A stretch of DNA of 64,000 nt from an uncultured Chloroflexia bacterium (GTDB lineage Bacteria > Chloroflexota > Anaerolineae > B4-G1 > SLSP01). Below the pieces are notes generated by a model. That model ran no database searches, was not told the DNA's origin, and saw nothing but the letters and a program-made list of their open reading frames with translations. Where the stretch lies: contig CAVVUS010000019.1 of assembly GCA_963751345.1 (NCBI GenBank), positions 32,001-96,000 of the forward strand, written 5' to 3'. Shown one piece after another: positions 1 through 11,004 of the stretch (the stretch's first letter is position 1; the number at the start of each line of letters is the position of its first letter). The translations under genes and the position numbers were made by a program.

Positions 1-1040
1 GATTACGTGTGGCTCAATCACTACGCTAGCGAGGGCTACATAACCTCGCTCAACGAGCTGGATGCGCGCTGGGTGGGCGATACGGCGCAGGATCTGGAGC
101 CGCCGGTGCTGCGCAACAATTCGGTCGACGGGCGCCTGTACGGGATCCCCGTGCAGGCTGATATTCCGGCATGTGGTATCGCAAGGATTGGTTCGATCGG
201 GAGCAGATCGCCCCGCCCGAGACGTGGGAGCAGTGGCTCGCGGCGCTCGATCACTTCGCCGAGCCGGCGGTGATGGAGCGCTATCATCACCACTATTCGT
301 TGGTGATGCCTGTGACGGCCACAACGGGCGAGACGACGGTCAACTTGCTCTACCCCTTTATCTGGATGGTAGGGGGCGAGGTGGTGGACGCGCAGGGCAA
401 CCTGGCGCTGGATACAAGCCGGGAAGTGATCAGCGGCGCCCTGCGCTTCCTGCAGACTATCACGCTCGACCGCCGCGCGTATTTGCCAAAGGATGTCTTC
501 CGCAGCCGCTGGTGGCACCTGGCGCGCTATTTTGCGCAGGGCGAGGTGCCGATGGCCCTGGGCGGCAGCTACGAGTGGCCTCGCATCCGCGAGGAGTCGG
601 CCTGGGAGGATGAGTATGACGCGGGGGCCCACCTGGGCTTCATGTTGCTGCCGCGGCCATCAAGTGACATTCCCCCGGTTGGCTCGCTCGGCGGCACGAG
701 CTGGGTGATCTTCCAGCAATCGGAGGAGCAGGAGCTCTGCCTCGAGCTGCTCAAGCTGGTCGGCACACGCGATGCCTCGCGGTCCTTCTGTGAGGAGAAC
801 CTCCAGGTCTCGCCCTACGTCTCGGTGAACCAGCACTTCCTGAGACCGGCGCATCCCTGGCTCTCGCAGATCGCGCCGCTGCTGATGAACGTCCGCAACC
901 GTCCCATGCACCGCAACTACATCCGGATCTCCGACTTCCTCCAGGACATGTTTGAGCACGTCCTGTGGGATGGCGCCGATCCCGACGTCGAGATCCGCAA
1001 GACCGCGCAGGCGCTTTCGGTGGTGATGGCGGAGACGTAA
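1..1040 (+). CDS. Extracellular solute-binding protein of a sugar ABC transporter family (5' partial, frameshift near 165)
   Basis: ORFs 7..273 and 171..1040 join: 'VDGRLYGIPVQAD' then 'MWYRKDWF...PPETWEQW', 'FAQGEVPMALGGSY', 'SLGGTSWVI', all typical of family 1 sugar-binding proteins. Confidence 0.8.
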
Positions 1041-1062
1041 GTCGTCACGCATCGCGGGCACC

Positions 1063-1098
1063 AAGATTGGACCAATCTTCCGAGATTGGTCCAATCTT
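1063..1098. repeat. Nested palindromic REP-like hairpin between convergent genes (possible bidirectional terminator)
   Basis: aagattggaccaatct-tccg-agattggtccaatctt is a perfect 16-bp stem, and each arm is itself a near-palindrome. A related copy lies at 62176..62210. Confidence 0.75.
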
Positions 1099-1128
1099 TT
1101 TCAAAGAGCCGTCCCCTCCGGTCACCCG

Positions 1129-2220
1129 TCAATCGCCACCCGCCATCTGCACCTCGTCCCACGCGATCCCCAGCCCCGGCGCGTCCGAGAGATAGATGTA
1201 GCCGTCCTCGCGGAAATCGACCGGCTGCATCACGGGGTCGTTGTGCGAGGTCGGGATAGGCCTCGGTGATCAGGCCGTTCTCGACGGCGGCGACGCAGGT
1301 GGCGCCGATGTTGGGGTTGCCGTGCGGCGCCATCTTCAGGTGGTAGGCGCTGGCGATGGCGGCGATCTTGAGCCACTCGCTGATACCGCCGCAGAGGTTC
1401 GGGTCGAGCTGGATGATGTCGGCGGCCTGGGCCTCGATCAGGTCGCGCGCGCCCCAGCGCGTGAACTCATTCTCGCCGCTCGCGATCGGGATGTCCAGCG
1501 CAGCCACGAGCTGCGCCCCACCGCGAAGGTCGTCCGCGGGAACGGGTTCCTCGAACCAATAGGGATCGTAGCGCTCCACCAGGCGTGCAAAACGCAGGGC
1601 CGTTGGCGCATCCCAGCCGTTGTTGGCGTCGATCATCAGCTCGACGTCGGGCCCGATAGCGTCGCGGACGGCGCGCACCCGCTCGGCGTCCTGCCGGAGC
1701 GTGACGCCCGGCCAACCGACCTTCATCTTCACCGCACGGAAGCCGGCCTTCGCGTAACCTTCAAGCTCCGCTGCCAATTCCTTGAGGCCTTTGCCTTCGG
1801 CGTAGTAGCCGCCCGCGGCATAGGCCTTCACGCGGGACTGCACCCCGCCGGCCAGCTTCCAGACGGGCTGGCCCAGGGCTTTGCCGACGAGATCCCAGAG
1901 CGCGTTGTCCACGGCGCTCATCGCCGCGATGTATTCGCCCTTGGCCACGGGTTTGCGGGTGCCGCCCATGTAAAGCTTGTCCCACAGATATCCGACCCTC
2001 AGCGGGTCCTCGCCCAGCAGCTTCTGCTTCATCGGCCCGAGCAGCGTCGCGCGGTGGGCTGCCGAGGTGGAGCAGGGGGCCATCCCTACGATGCCCTCGT
2101 CGGTCGTGATCTCGATCCTGCCCGGCGCCCCTGTGCGTCGTCTTGATGATCGAGTTCCAGAAGGGGGTCTCCAGCGGCCCCAGATCGACAGCGGTGACGG
2201 TGACAGTCGGTGATTTTCAT
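1129..2220 (-). CDS. Mandelate racemase/muconate lactonizing enzyme (enolase superfamily) protein, frameshifted
   Basis: Starts MKITD behind an aaggag RBS. Motifs 'AMSAVDNALWDLVGK', 'KMKVG', 'LMIDANNGW', 'WFEEP', 'ASGENE', 'GGISEW'. The C-terminus 'DGYIYLSDAPGLGI' is in another frame and ends at TGA 1129. Confidence 0.85.
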
Positions 2221-2263
2221 CGTGACTCCTTTCAGCGTTGGAACGTTCGCAACGTGCAAACGC

Positions 2264-3805
2264 TCAAACGTCTGTTTCCGCTAGCGTTCGTGCCACGGCG
2301 GCCTGCCATTCGGCATAGCGCGCCTCGCGCTCGCCGGCGCCGGTGCGCGGCTCGAAGCGGTCGCGGGGCGGGACCAGGCCGGCGATCTCGCGCTCGTCGG
2401 CCCACAGGCCGGTTGATAGGCCCGCAAGGAAAGCCGCGCCAAGCGGGGAGATCTCGGAGGAGCGGCTGCGCTCCACCGGACAGCCGAGGATGTCGGCCTG
2501 GAGCTGCATCAGCAGGTCGTTCCGGCTGGCGCCGCCGTCGGCGAGCAGCGTTGGCGTTGCTCCGGCCCTCACGTCCATCCCGGCCTCCGCTCGCATGATA
2601 TCGAAGACGTCGCGGACCTGGAAAGCGATGGCATCCAGCGCAGCGCGCGCCAGATGGGCCGGGCCGGTGCCGAGCGTCAACCCCGTCACAGTGCCCCGTG
2701 CTGTGGGCGCCCAGTGCGGCGCACCGAGCCCCACCAGCGCGGGCACAAAGACGACCCCGCCCGCGTCCTCGACTGTGTGTGCCAGGGCTTCCACGGCAGG
2801 CCCCGGCTCATGAAGCCCCAATAGCTCGCCAACCCATTGGACGGCGCCACCGGTGGTAGTGATGTTACCCTCAAGCGCGTAGGTCACGCGTATGGGTTCG
2901 GTTCCTTGTGACGCGTGACCGGATTGGGCCCAGGCCACCGTGGTCGAGAGGCCGTGGGCGGAGGGAACGGCGGTCGGGGTGGGGGTCATCAGCGATGTGC
3001 CGGTGCCGTAGGTGGCTTTGACGCTGCCGGGCCGGAATCCACCCAGGCCGTAGAGCGAGGCGTGGGAGTCGCCGATCATGCCGGCGATAGGGATACCGCT
3101 CGGCAGCAGGCCGCCGCCGGGCAGCGCCACGGGGACGGTCGCGCCGAAGAGCGCGCCTGAGGGCCGGAGCGTGGGCAGCGCCGCTCGGGGGACGCCAAAG
3201 AGCGCCAGTAGTTCGTCGTCCCAGTCCAGCGTCTGAAGGTTGAGCAGTTGCGTGCGCGAGGCGTTGGTCAGATCGGTGGCATGGACTGCACCGCCGGTGA
3301 GGTGCCAGAGCAGCCACGCATCCACGTTGCCGAGACAGAGTTCGCCGGCCTCAGCCCGAGCTTGGCCGCGGGCGGTCTGGCCCAGGAGCCAGCGGAACTT
3401 GCTCGCCGAGAACATGGGATCGACCTGCAGCCCGGTTCGTGCCTGGATCAGAGACTCCAGGCCCTGGGCTTTCAGTGTCTCGCAGAAGTCGACCGTCCGG
3501 CGGCACTGCCAGACAATCGCCGGTCCCAGCGGCAGGCCGCTCGCCCGATCCCAGATCAGGGCAGTCTCGCGTTGGTTGGAGATCGCGATCGCGCTTGGCG
3601 GGTCGGACCGGCCCGCGAGGCATTGCGCGACGGCGTCAAGGGTGCACCGCCAGATTTCGTCCGGATCCTGTTCGACCCATCCGGGCCGGGGGTAATGCAC
3701 GCCGGTGGGCACCGACCCGCGGGCAACGATGGCGCCCGACGCGTCGATCAGCAGTGCCTTGGTGTTGGTCGTGCCCTGGTCGATGGCCAGGATCGATTCA
3801 GACAT
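2264..3805 (-). CDS. FGGY-family carbohydrate kinase (glycerol kinase-like; possibly apulose kinase AplK-like)
   Basis: 'ILAIDQGTTNTKA', 'GWVEQDP', 'ISNQRET', 'WQCRRT', 'TDLTNASRTQL', 'KATYGTGTS', 'ADGGASRN'. ATG at 3805 with ggagg RBS. Confidence 0.88.
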   Translation of the reverse strand: MSESILAIDQGTTNTKALLIDASGAIVARGSVPTGVHYPRPGWVEQDPDEIWRCTLDAVAQCLAGRSDPPSAIAISNQRETALIWDRASGLPLGPAIVWQCRRTVDFCETLKAQGLESLIQARTGLQVDPMFSASKFRWLLGQTARGQARAEAGELCLGNVDAWLLWHLTGGAVHATDLTNASRTQLLNLQTLDWDDELLALFGVPRAALPTLRPSGALFGATVPVALPGGGLLPSGIPIAGMIGDSHASLYGLGGFRPGSVKATYGTGTSLMTPTPTAVPSAHGLSTTVAWAQSGHASQGTEPIRVTYALEGNITTTGGAVQWVGELLGLHEPGPAVEALAHTVEDAGGVVFVPALVGLGAPHWAPTARGTVTGLTLGTGPAHLARAALDAIAFQVRDVFDIMRAEAGMDVRAGATPTLLADGGASRNDLLMQLQADILGCPVERSRSSEISPLGAAFLAGLSTGLWADEREIAGLVPPRDRFEPRTGAGEREARYAEWQAAVARTLAETDV

Positions 3806-3870
3806 CGCGCCTCCTGCGATGTAGCTTTCCACCTTCCGGGCGCCCAACCCGGTAGGTACCGGTAGGTGAC

Positions 3871-4836
3871 CTAGCCCCGGAGCAACTCCATAGCTGCCCC
3901 AGCAATCCCCTCGGGCGTGAGGCCGAAGTGCTCGAACAGAAACTCGGCCGAACCCGTGGGCGCGAAGACGCCCGGGACGCCCAGGATGCGCACCGGGACG
4001 GGGCGCGTCTGCACTACGATCTCCGCGACCGCGCTGCCCAGCCCGCCGTAGACCGTGTGCTCCTCGGCCGTGACGATCGCGCCGGTCTCCTCTGCCGCCG
4101 CGACAATGGCGGCGCGGTCGATGGGACGGATCGAGGCCATGTTGAGCACGCGTGCCCGGATGTGGTGTCCGGCGAGCAGATCCGCTGCCGCAAGCGCACG
4201 CCATACCAGCGTGCCGCATGCGATGAGCGTGACATCCTCGCCGTCACGCAGGCGGGACGCAGTGCCGATCCGGAAGGTGTAGTCAGCCTCGTGGACGGCA
4301 GGGACGGGCATCCGGCTGATGCGCAGATAAATCGGGCCAAAGGTCGCAGCGGCCGCGACCGCGGCCTGCGCCGTCTCCTCCGGGTCGGCCGGCACGATCA
4401 CGGTCATGTTGGCGATCGCCCGGAGCCACGCGATGTCCTCGATGCTATGGTGGGTCGCACCCAGTGCGCCATAGGCCAGACCGGGGCTGACGGCGTAGAG
4501 CTTGACGTTGGTACCGGTATAGGCGAGGTCGTTCTTGATCTGCTCCAGCGCCCGGGCGGTGAGGAACGACCCGGCGCCTGCCACGAAGGGAATCTTGCCG
4601 CCGATGGCCATTCCGGCGGCCATGCCGACCATCGCCTGCTCCGCGATACCGACGTTGAAGAGGCGATCTGGGAACCGCTCGGCGAAATGAACCAGTTTGG
4701 CCGAGCTCACCGAGTCGTTGCAGAGCACAGCGATCGCCGGGTTCTGCTCTGCCAGGCGTTCGAGTGCCGCAACAAAGGCGTCACGACAGTCGTGGCGATC
4801 CGCTCCGAAGCTCTCGCGGAGGCGCTTGTCTGCCAC
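3871..4836 (-). CDS. Transketolase C-terminal (pyrimidine-binding) subunit
   Basis: 'FNVGIAEQAMVGMAAG', 'RALEQIKND', 'GALGATHHSIED', 'VTAEEH...GGLGSAVAE'. Confidence 0.92.
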   Translation of the reverse strand: MADKRLRESFGADRHDCRDAFVAALERLAEQNPAIAVLCNDSVSSAKLVHFAERFPDRLFNVGIAEQAMVGMAAGMAIGGKIPFVAGAGSFLTARALEQIKNDLAYTGTNVKLYAVSPGLAYGALGATHHSIEDIAWLRAIANMTVIVPADPEETAQAAVAAAATFGPIYLRISRMPVPAVHEADYTFRIGTASRLRDGEDVTLIACGTLVWRALAAADLLAGHHIRARVLNMASIRPIDRAAIVAAAEETGAIVTAEEHTVYGGLGSAVAEIVVQTRPVPVRILGVPGVFAPTGSAEFLFEHFGLTPEGIAGAAMELLRG

Positions 4837-4848
4837 GCTCGCCCTTCC

Positions 4849-5517
4849 TCACTCGCCCCGTGCCAACCGTTGGCGTCTGAGCGCCAACTCGTGGGGGTCG
4901 GCGCAGAGCATACGCTGTGAGAGCCAGAAGATCGGCATGATGAGCACCGGCATCTGTAGGACCGGGGTCAGCCCCACATTGAGCAGCGGGATAACCGGCA
5001 TGTTGTCATTGTAGGCCCACATTCCCGTCGCTACCGCGCCAATCTCAACGCCAACCTGCACGGCGGTCGCCAGCACCAGCACGAAGGCCACATACCGCCA
5101 CGGCGGGGGCCACGGCCAGTCCCACTCACCCTTGCGGGCAAGGGTCAGGGCGAAGAAGAGGCCGAGCGCGACGACGCCGTCGGCGGTGGCGGCGCCAAAG
5201 AGCATCCGGACGAGGGCCGGATAGAGGTTTCCCGACTCGGTGAAGTGCATGAAGTAGACAGAGTGCCAGAGCTCCCATGCCAGATTGAGCAGCATGCTGT
5301 AGAAGAAGGCCCACCCCGTGAATCGATAGAAACTGGTCAGTTCGTCGAACCGCACCACCATCACACAACCGAGATAGAGTGCGAAGATGCCGATGAGCGA
5401 CCACAGGGCCATACGAGCAGGGGGCTCCAAGAGGGCGCCGGTCGCCAACGCGGCGACGAGCAGTCCCGTGGTGAGCCACGTAGGCCCGTGGCGGAGGCGC
5501 CTTGCCAGCCGCTTCAC
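4849..5517 (-). CDS. Uncharacterised integral membrane protein (about 6 TM helices)
   Basis: GTG at 5517, just downstream of the transketolase N-subunit stop. Hydrophobic segments and motifs 'LNLAWELWHSVYF', 'ATADG', 'WAYNDNMPVIPLLNVGLTPVLQM'. Confidence 0.75.
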   Translation of the reverse strand: MKRLARRLRHGPTWLTTGLLVAALATGALLEPPARMALWSLIGIFALYLGCVMVVRFDELTSFYRFTGWAFFYSMLLNLAWELWHSVYFMHFTESGNLYPALVRMLFGAATADGVVALGLFFALTLARKGEWDWPWPPPWRYVAFVLVLATAVQVGVEIGAVATGMWAYNDNMPVIPLLNVGLTPVLQMPVLIMPIFWLSQRMLCADPHELALRRQRLARGE

Positions 5518-5521
5518 GTCC

Positions 5522-6406
<885 letters not shown>

Positions 6407-6412
6407 CCTGGC

Positions 6413-7760
6413 CTACGTGCCTGCCTTCACCAGCGCCACCCAATATCCCTCTTCCGTGGGGGTGCGCAGGCGAAGGGTCCGGCCATCCATCTCGACCGAG
6501 ACTTCCGTAGGATCGGTCGCCCAGCGGCTCGCGCGGATCTCGAGCCACTGCAGGGTGAGGGCGCGATCGGCAGCCGCAGCAATGTCGAGCAGCACGTCGC
6601 CGCCGTCGGGGAAGAAGACCGCGTAGGCGACGCCCGGCTGCGCCGTACAGTAGGCCTCGTTGGGGCTGCGATGGGAGACCAGGTCGGTGTGCGGTTCGCA
6701 CGCGAAGATATCCAGCTCCGCGAGAAGCATTCGCATCGATCTCAGGTGCGCCTGGGCGATCGGGTTGAGCCCGAGCCCCGACGGAGGGCGGTGGAAGCGC
6801 GACGAGGCGAGCCCGCCGAAGATGTTGCGCCAGAAGCGTTCCTGGGCGTCGCGCGTCGTGCCGTAGTAGCCGGTGTTTGCACCGTAGATCTTGACGCTGT
6901 TCATCGGCCGGACGTGGCCGGAGGCGAGGATGCGGTCGCGGATCTCCTGCGGCTTGGCCCAGTGCTCGTATCCCACCTGGTGGTTGTTCTGCGAGATGTC
7001 GATGAAGGCGTAGGTCTCGGGATGGTCGAGCGTGTTGGCGTGCTCCGGCCCGAGCAGGTCGTGGTCGTCCCACATCTCGGTGGTGGGCGCGATCAGGCCC
7101 ATGCGGTCCGCTCGCTCGGTGATGGTTCGCGACCAGTAGGCGCCCCACTCGGGCGACTCGTTGGTCTCGTTGTCCATGCAGTAGAGCACGTTGCCGTAGG
7201 GCAGCGAGATCGAGAGCAGCGTGTCGACCTGCTGCTGTTGGTAGGGCAACACCACGGCGTTGTTCTCCAAAGCAGGGAACGGTGCGGAAGAAGGCGCTCT
7301 CGCGCCGGCCCGGATGCGTGTGGATCTCGGGTTTGAGCCCCGACGCCTCTGCCGTGTAGTTGACGTTGTTGACGGGGTTGTAGGGGTTGCTGAGCCAGGG
7401 CGTGCGCGCGAAGTCGAAGCGGTCCCACAGCTCGATCTGGAGGATGATGTCCCGCTCCGCCGTGAGGTCGAGGAAACGCCTGAAGCGTGCCCAATACTCG
7501 ACTCCCGGCTTCTCGAGATCGTAGAGCCCCGTACGATCGTCCCGCTCGAAGGGCCAGACATCTCCCTCGTCGCGGCTCGACATCGTGCAGCGCACGTAGT
7601 TGCCGCCCACGGCGGCCAATAGGTTCAGATGCTCCACGATGTCGGGGATCTGGAAGAGGTTGTCCTCGCGGCTCCCGCCCAGCAGGACAACGGGCTTGCC
7701 CCTGTACTGCCAGTAGAACGGATTACGGCCATAGGGCTGGATACGGTCATCGGATTCCAT
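6413..7760 (-). CDS. Putative TIM-barrel glycoside hydrolase-like protein with C-terminal beta-sandwich, frameshift near 7270
   Basis: The N-part of ORF 6306..7760 ('NPFYWQYRGKPVVLLG', 'GGNYVR', 'IILQIELWDRF') joins the C-part of ORF 6413..7561 ('GNVLYCMDNE', 'DISQNNHQ', 'RFWRNIFGG', 'YAVFFPDGGDV'). The NE motif suggests a clan-A-like fold. Confidence 0.6.
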
Positions 7761-7831
7761 GGTTGGTCCTCCCTCGTCATCAAGGCCACGGCGTCGGATT
7801 CACATCGGAGCACGTTCGGCCTACGAGGGCG

Positions 7832-7859
7832 ATTATAGGTTGGCTGCTGTGCGCGTCAA
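7832..7859 (-). promoter_or_regulatory. Putative sigma70 promoter for the GH/transketolase/kinase operon
   Basis: Minus strand TTGACG-16 nt-TATAAT, about 70 nt upstream of the ATG at 7760. Confidence 0.55.
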
Positions 7860-8414
7860 TGTTGAGGTATAGCAGCATCGCCGCGCTGCACCCATCGGGC
7901 AAGACCGCAGCGCGGCGACCGCATGAAGCCGGTGTGGGACGAGCCTACGCCCTGCGCCGCTCCGTCCGGACCGACCGTAGAGGAGGTGCCGACCGGTAAC
8001 CGTATGTCTCTAGCCTAAGTGTCCGCCTCTATCTCGGCTTCCCACGATTCAGACACGCGCAGTTCATGCGCCCGACACGGCTGGCCTCTCGCATTCAGGT
8101 AGGGTGACGGCAGAGAACGAGTCAGGACGGCGCAGAGGAGCTAAGCGATGAGCGGGCTGTACGAGAATACGATGTACGCGAAGGAGACGGACGATCGCGC
8201 GCTCGCCAACACGAGCCGCGGGAAGCCGGTACGGCATTGGGGCGCGCGAAGTGTACGGCGTCGCGGCACGCTTGCTGCGGCAGCGTGCGCAGTCGCAGGT
8301 CTGGTGACCGCCGCTCGCCGCACCGCTTCCGCGTGCCACTTGGCTGCGACGGTCCTGACACCTCACGCACTGTCGATGACGAGCCGCATCTCCCTGCGGT
8401 ACGGCGTATGCTCA

Positions 8415-9218
8415 TCACTGAGTCAGGAAACTCACGACCTCATCCACGAAGCCCTCGGGGTCGAGGTCCATCGCGATATGCTGCTGGCCCTCGAGAACGA
8501 CGATATGGCTATTTGGCAAGGCTGCGTCGACCGTCTCGGTCTGCCGTCGCACGTGTGCCGGACTGTCACCACCCAGCAGAAGCAGCGTTGGAACCTGCAT
8601 CGAGGCGAACCGCCCGGCGTCGAAGCCATAGGTGCGATCGGCCGAGATCTCGCGCACGAGCGTCGGCGCGAGCTGGATCCGCCGTTGCCACATCGGCAGC
8701 TTACGATAGGCGGACAGCTCGTATTCGGGCATCTGCACGACCTCGCGGAACATCACCTCCAGTGTTGCTTCATACTTGCCCTGGTTGACGAGTGACGTCA
8801 TACGATCCAGGATCTCCCTGGGCACAGTCGGTTCGCCCACGGGAATCGGCGGCTCGTAGAGCACGAGACGGGCGATGACGTTGGTCAGCAGGCTCGCCTC
8901 CAGGCTGCAGAGTGCACCGTACGAATGAGCGAGCACGTTGACAGGCGCCGGCAGGGCGTCGACGACTGCGGCGATGTCCTCAGCCTCGCGCGCCGTAGCG
9001 TAGTCCGGCGCATCGCCGCTCTCCCCACGCCCGCGACGGTCCATCGCGGCTATGGTGAAATGCGACTCCAGCAGCGGCAGGACGGTGTCCCACCGCTGGT
9101 GGTCGGCGGTTGTGCCGTGGACCAGGAGCAGCGACGGTCCCGAGCCCGACACCCAATAGCCGATGGTCGTGCCATCGGTTGATACAACGTGTTCCGTATG
9201 GGAACTCCGGCTGTCCAT
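8415..9218 (-). CDS. Alpha/beta fold hydrolase
   Basis: 'GSGPSLLLVHG', 'MDRRGRGESGD', nucleophile elbow 'AHSYGA', 'LVLYEPP', 'PTLLLLGGDS', 'GQQH'. Confidence 0.9.
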   Translation of the reverse strand: MDSRSSHTEHVVSTDGTTIGYWVSGSGPSLLLVHGTTADHQRWDTVLPLLESHFTIAAMDRRGRGESGDAPDYATAREAEDIAAVVDALPAPVNVLAHSYGALCSLEASLLTNVIARLVLYEPPIPVGEPTVPREILDRMTSLVNQGKYEATLEVMFREVVQMPEYELSAYRKLPMWQRRIQLAPTLVREISADRTYGFDAGRFASMQVPTLLLLGGDSPAHVRRQTETVDAALPNSHIVVLEGQQHIAMDLDPEGFVDEVVSFLTQ

Positions 9219-9471
9219 CCCGCCCTCCTTGTCTTCTGTTCTCAGCGGCCACACGTTCTCCAGGAATCCCACCCGGAGCCCAACTCTCTCCATATTATAG
9301 ACAAGTGTATGCTTTATTCAAGCACTTGCGTCACTCGGGTGAACACAGAAGGAGGTCTCGGGAACAGACGTGCTTGCCTCAGCCGCTACGCTTGGGGGGT
9401 ACCGGGTCCGGCGGCTTCAGACTCTGCGAGGAGTGGTTGCCCTGAAAGCAGGACGGATGGGTCTCTCAGAC

Positions 9472-10674
9472 CTAGGTCTGTGTATCATTGTCCAGCCCCA
9501 TCCTCTCTGTCGCGTGGGGGGAATTCCGTCGCTGCACCCGATAGTAGGCCAATCCCTCGATCAGCGCCTCGATGTTCCTCCACGGCACGCCAGGTGTGAT
9601 CGAGCTCGACGCGCCGAGAACCAGGCCCGTCCGCGGACCTTGCTCGACCAGCCAACGCAGTTCGCGCCGCACGTCGTCCGGGGTGCCATAGGGGAGTGTG
9701 CGGGTGACCGAGACCCCGGCGAAGATGATGAGCGGGTCGCCGCCGGCGGTACGCATCCGACAGATTTTCGCGTAGTCCATCCCATGCTCGTACTGGAAGC
9801 CCTGGAAACCGTGCAGCCCCACCTCCAGCAGCCGCGGCACCATCGCCATCAAGTTGCCGTCACAGTGCCAGATCAGGCGGATGCCGGCGTCCAGTACGGG
9901 CGCCAGGCAGCGGGCGAAATGAGGGAACCAGAGCCGATCGAGCGTCTCGGGCCGGACGAGCAGGCCACGCCCGTCGGCCATATCGTGGTCGAGACGGATC
10001 AGGGGAGGGAGCGCCCCCTCCCGGAAGGCTTGCGCCGCGGCCCGGTTGTTGCACAGGGCAAGGTCGGCCTGGAGCGCGAAGTGGCGCTCGATGACGTCGG
10101 GATAGAGGGCGTAGGCCGAGAAGTAGGCCTCATACCCGTAGGTCCCATAGGAGAGCGAGGGAAAGGCCACGACCCCGTAGGGCACCTTGAGGATGGTCGG
10201 GCCAAGGAGATCCTGCACGTCTCGTTCATCGGCCACGATCTCGGTAGCCCGGCGGCGGACTGCATCCTCGTCATAGGCAGCGATAGCGGCCTTGAGCCTG
10301 GGGAACTCGACCTCTTCGAGATGCGCTGCGACTGCCTCGGGCCCGTCGATCGCAATTCCGTCGCAGACGATGGATGCTGCGCCGCTCGTGGGCCGGTCTC
10401 GCACCTCGGAGTCGACGTCGTAGCCGAGGTTGCCCATCGTCAGCGGATTGCGGGGAATCCATTGGTCGACCAGGCAGACGCCCGCGGCCTGCTGCATCCG
10501 TGTGTAGATGCCTTTGGGATCCTGACGGTAGGCGCCCGGAGGCGCGCCTGCGACTCGCTCGATGTGGGCGTGCTCCATCAGGAAGAGCTGCCACGTCGGG
10601 ATGCCGCGGGTGGGTCGCTGCAGGATGGCGTCGAGCGCAAGCTGTGCAGTCCGGGTCAAGACGGCGGCAGTCAT
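9472..10674 (-). CDS. Uroporphyrinogen decarboxylase / MtaA-CmuA-like family protein
   Basis: 'DHDMADGRGLLVRPE', 'IWHCDGNL', 'GFQGFQYE', 'TLPYGTPDDVRRE', 'SITPGVPWRNI'. Confidence 0.75.
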   Translation of the reverse strand: MTAAVLTRTAQLALDAILQRPTRGIPTWQLFLMEHAHIERVAGAPPGAYRQDPKGIYTRMQQAAGVCLVDQWIPRNPLTMGNLGYDVDSEVRDRPTSGAASIVCDGIAIDGPEAVAAHLEEVEFPRLKAAIAAYDEDAVRRRATEIVADERDVQDLLGPTILKVPYGVVAFPSLSYGTYGYEAYFSAYALYPDVIERHFALQADLALCNNRAAAQAFREGALPPLIRLDHDMADGRGLLVRPETLDRLWFPHFARCLAPVLDAGIRLIWHCDGNLMAMVPRLLEVGLHGFQGFQYEHGMDYAKICRMRTAGGDPLIIFAGVSVTRTLPYGTPDDVRRELRWLVEQGPRTGLVLGASSSITPGVPWRNIEALIEGLAYYRVQRRNSPHATERMGLDNDTQT

Positions 10675-11004
10675 GGGGGTGCTCCTCTCCGTGCCGGTGA
10701 TCTCGCCAGCATACCACCGATCGTGCCACGGCGCGATTGGCCCCCAACTACGGCCAACGCAACCCGCCCTGATTACCAACTGAGAACGCCCCGCAGCGTC
10801 CATACTGTGGCACTATGATGGTAGGCGTGGAATGTGGGTGCAGAGACAGGGCACCGCCCCATTTTCCGGCATCCGCGGCGTAATAGTTCTGTAATATCTC
10901 GATAAGGGCCTCTTAATCTCAACGCTCCATACTGTGTATAGTGCGCGCGGAACTTCCGCGCGTCGCCCCATCGGGTCGTACTTAGCGTGCAGTCAAGGGA
11001 GGGT

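Noticed and set aside
2264-3805. glpK gene symbol
   Set aside because: The context (split transketolase, no glpD or glpF) favours a different FGGY substrate, so no symbol was assigned.
7770-8414. Short ORFs or ncRNA between the GH-like gene and the alpha/beta hydrolase
   Set aside because: The translations are Arg/Ala-rich GC noise with no motif, and I could not support any RNA structure.
9472-10674. hemE call for the URO-D-like genes
   Set aside because: Both have HxC-type motifs and lack the HemE 'RQAGR' signature, and there is no tetrapyrrole gene context.
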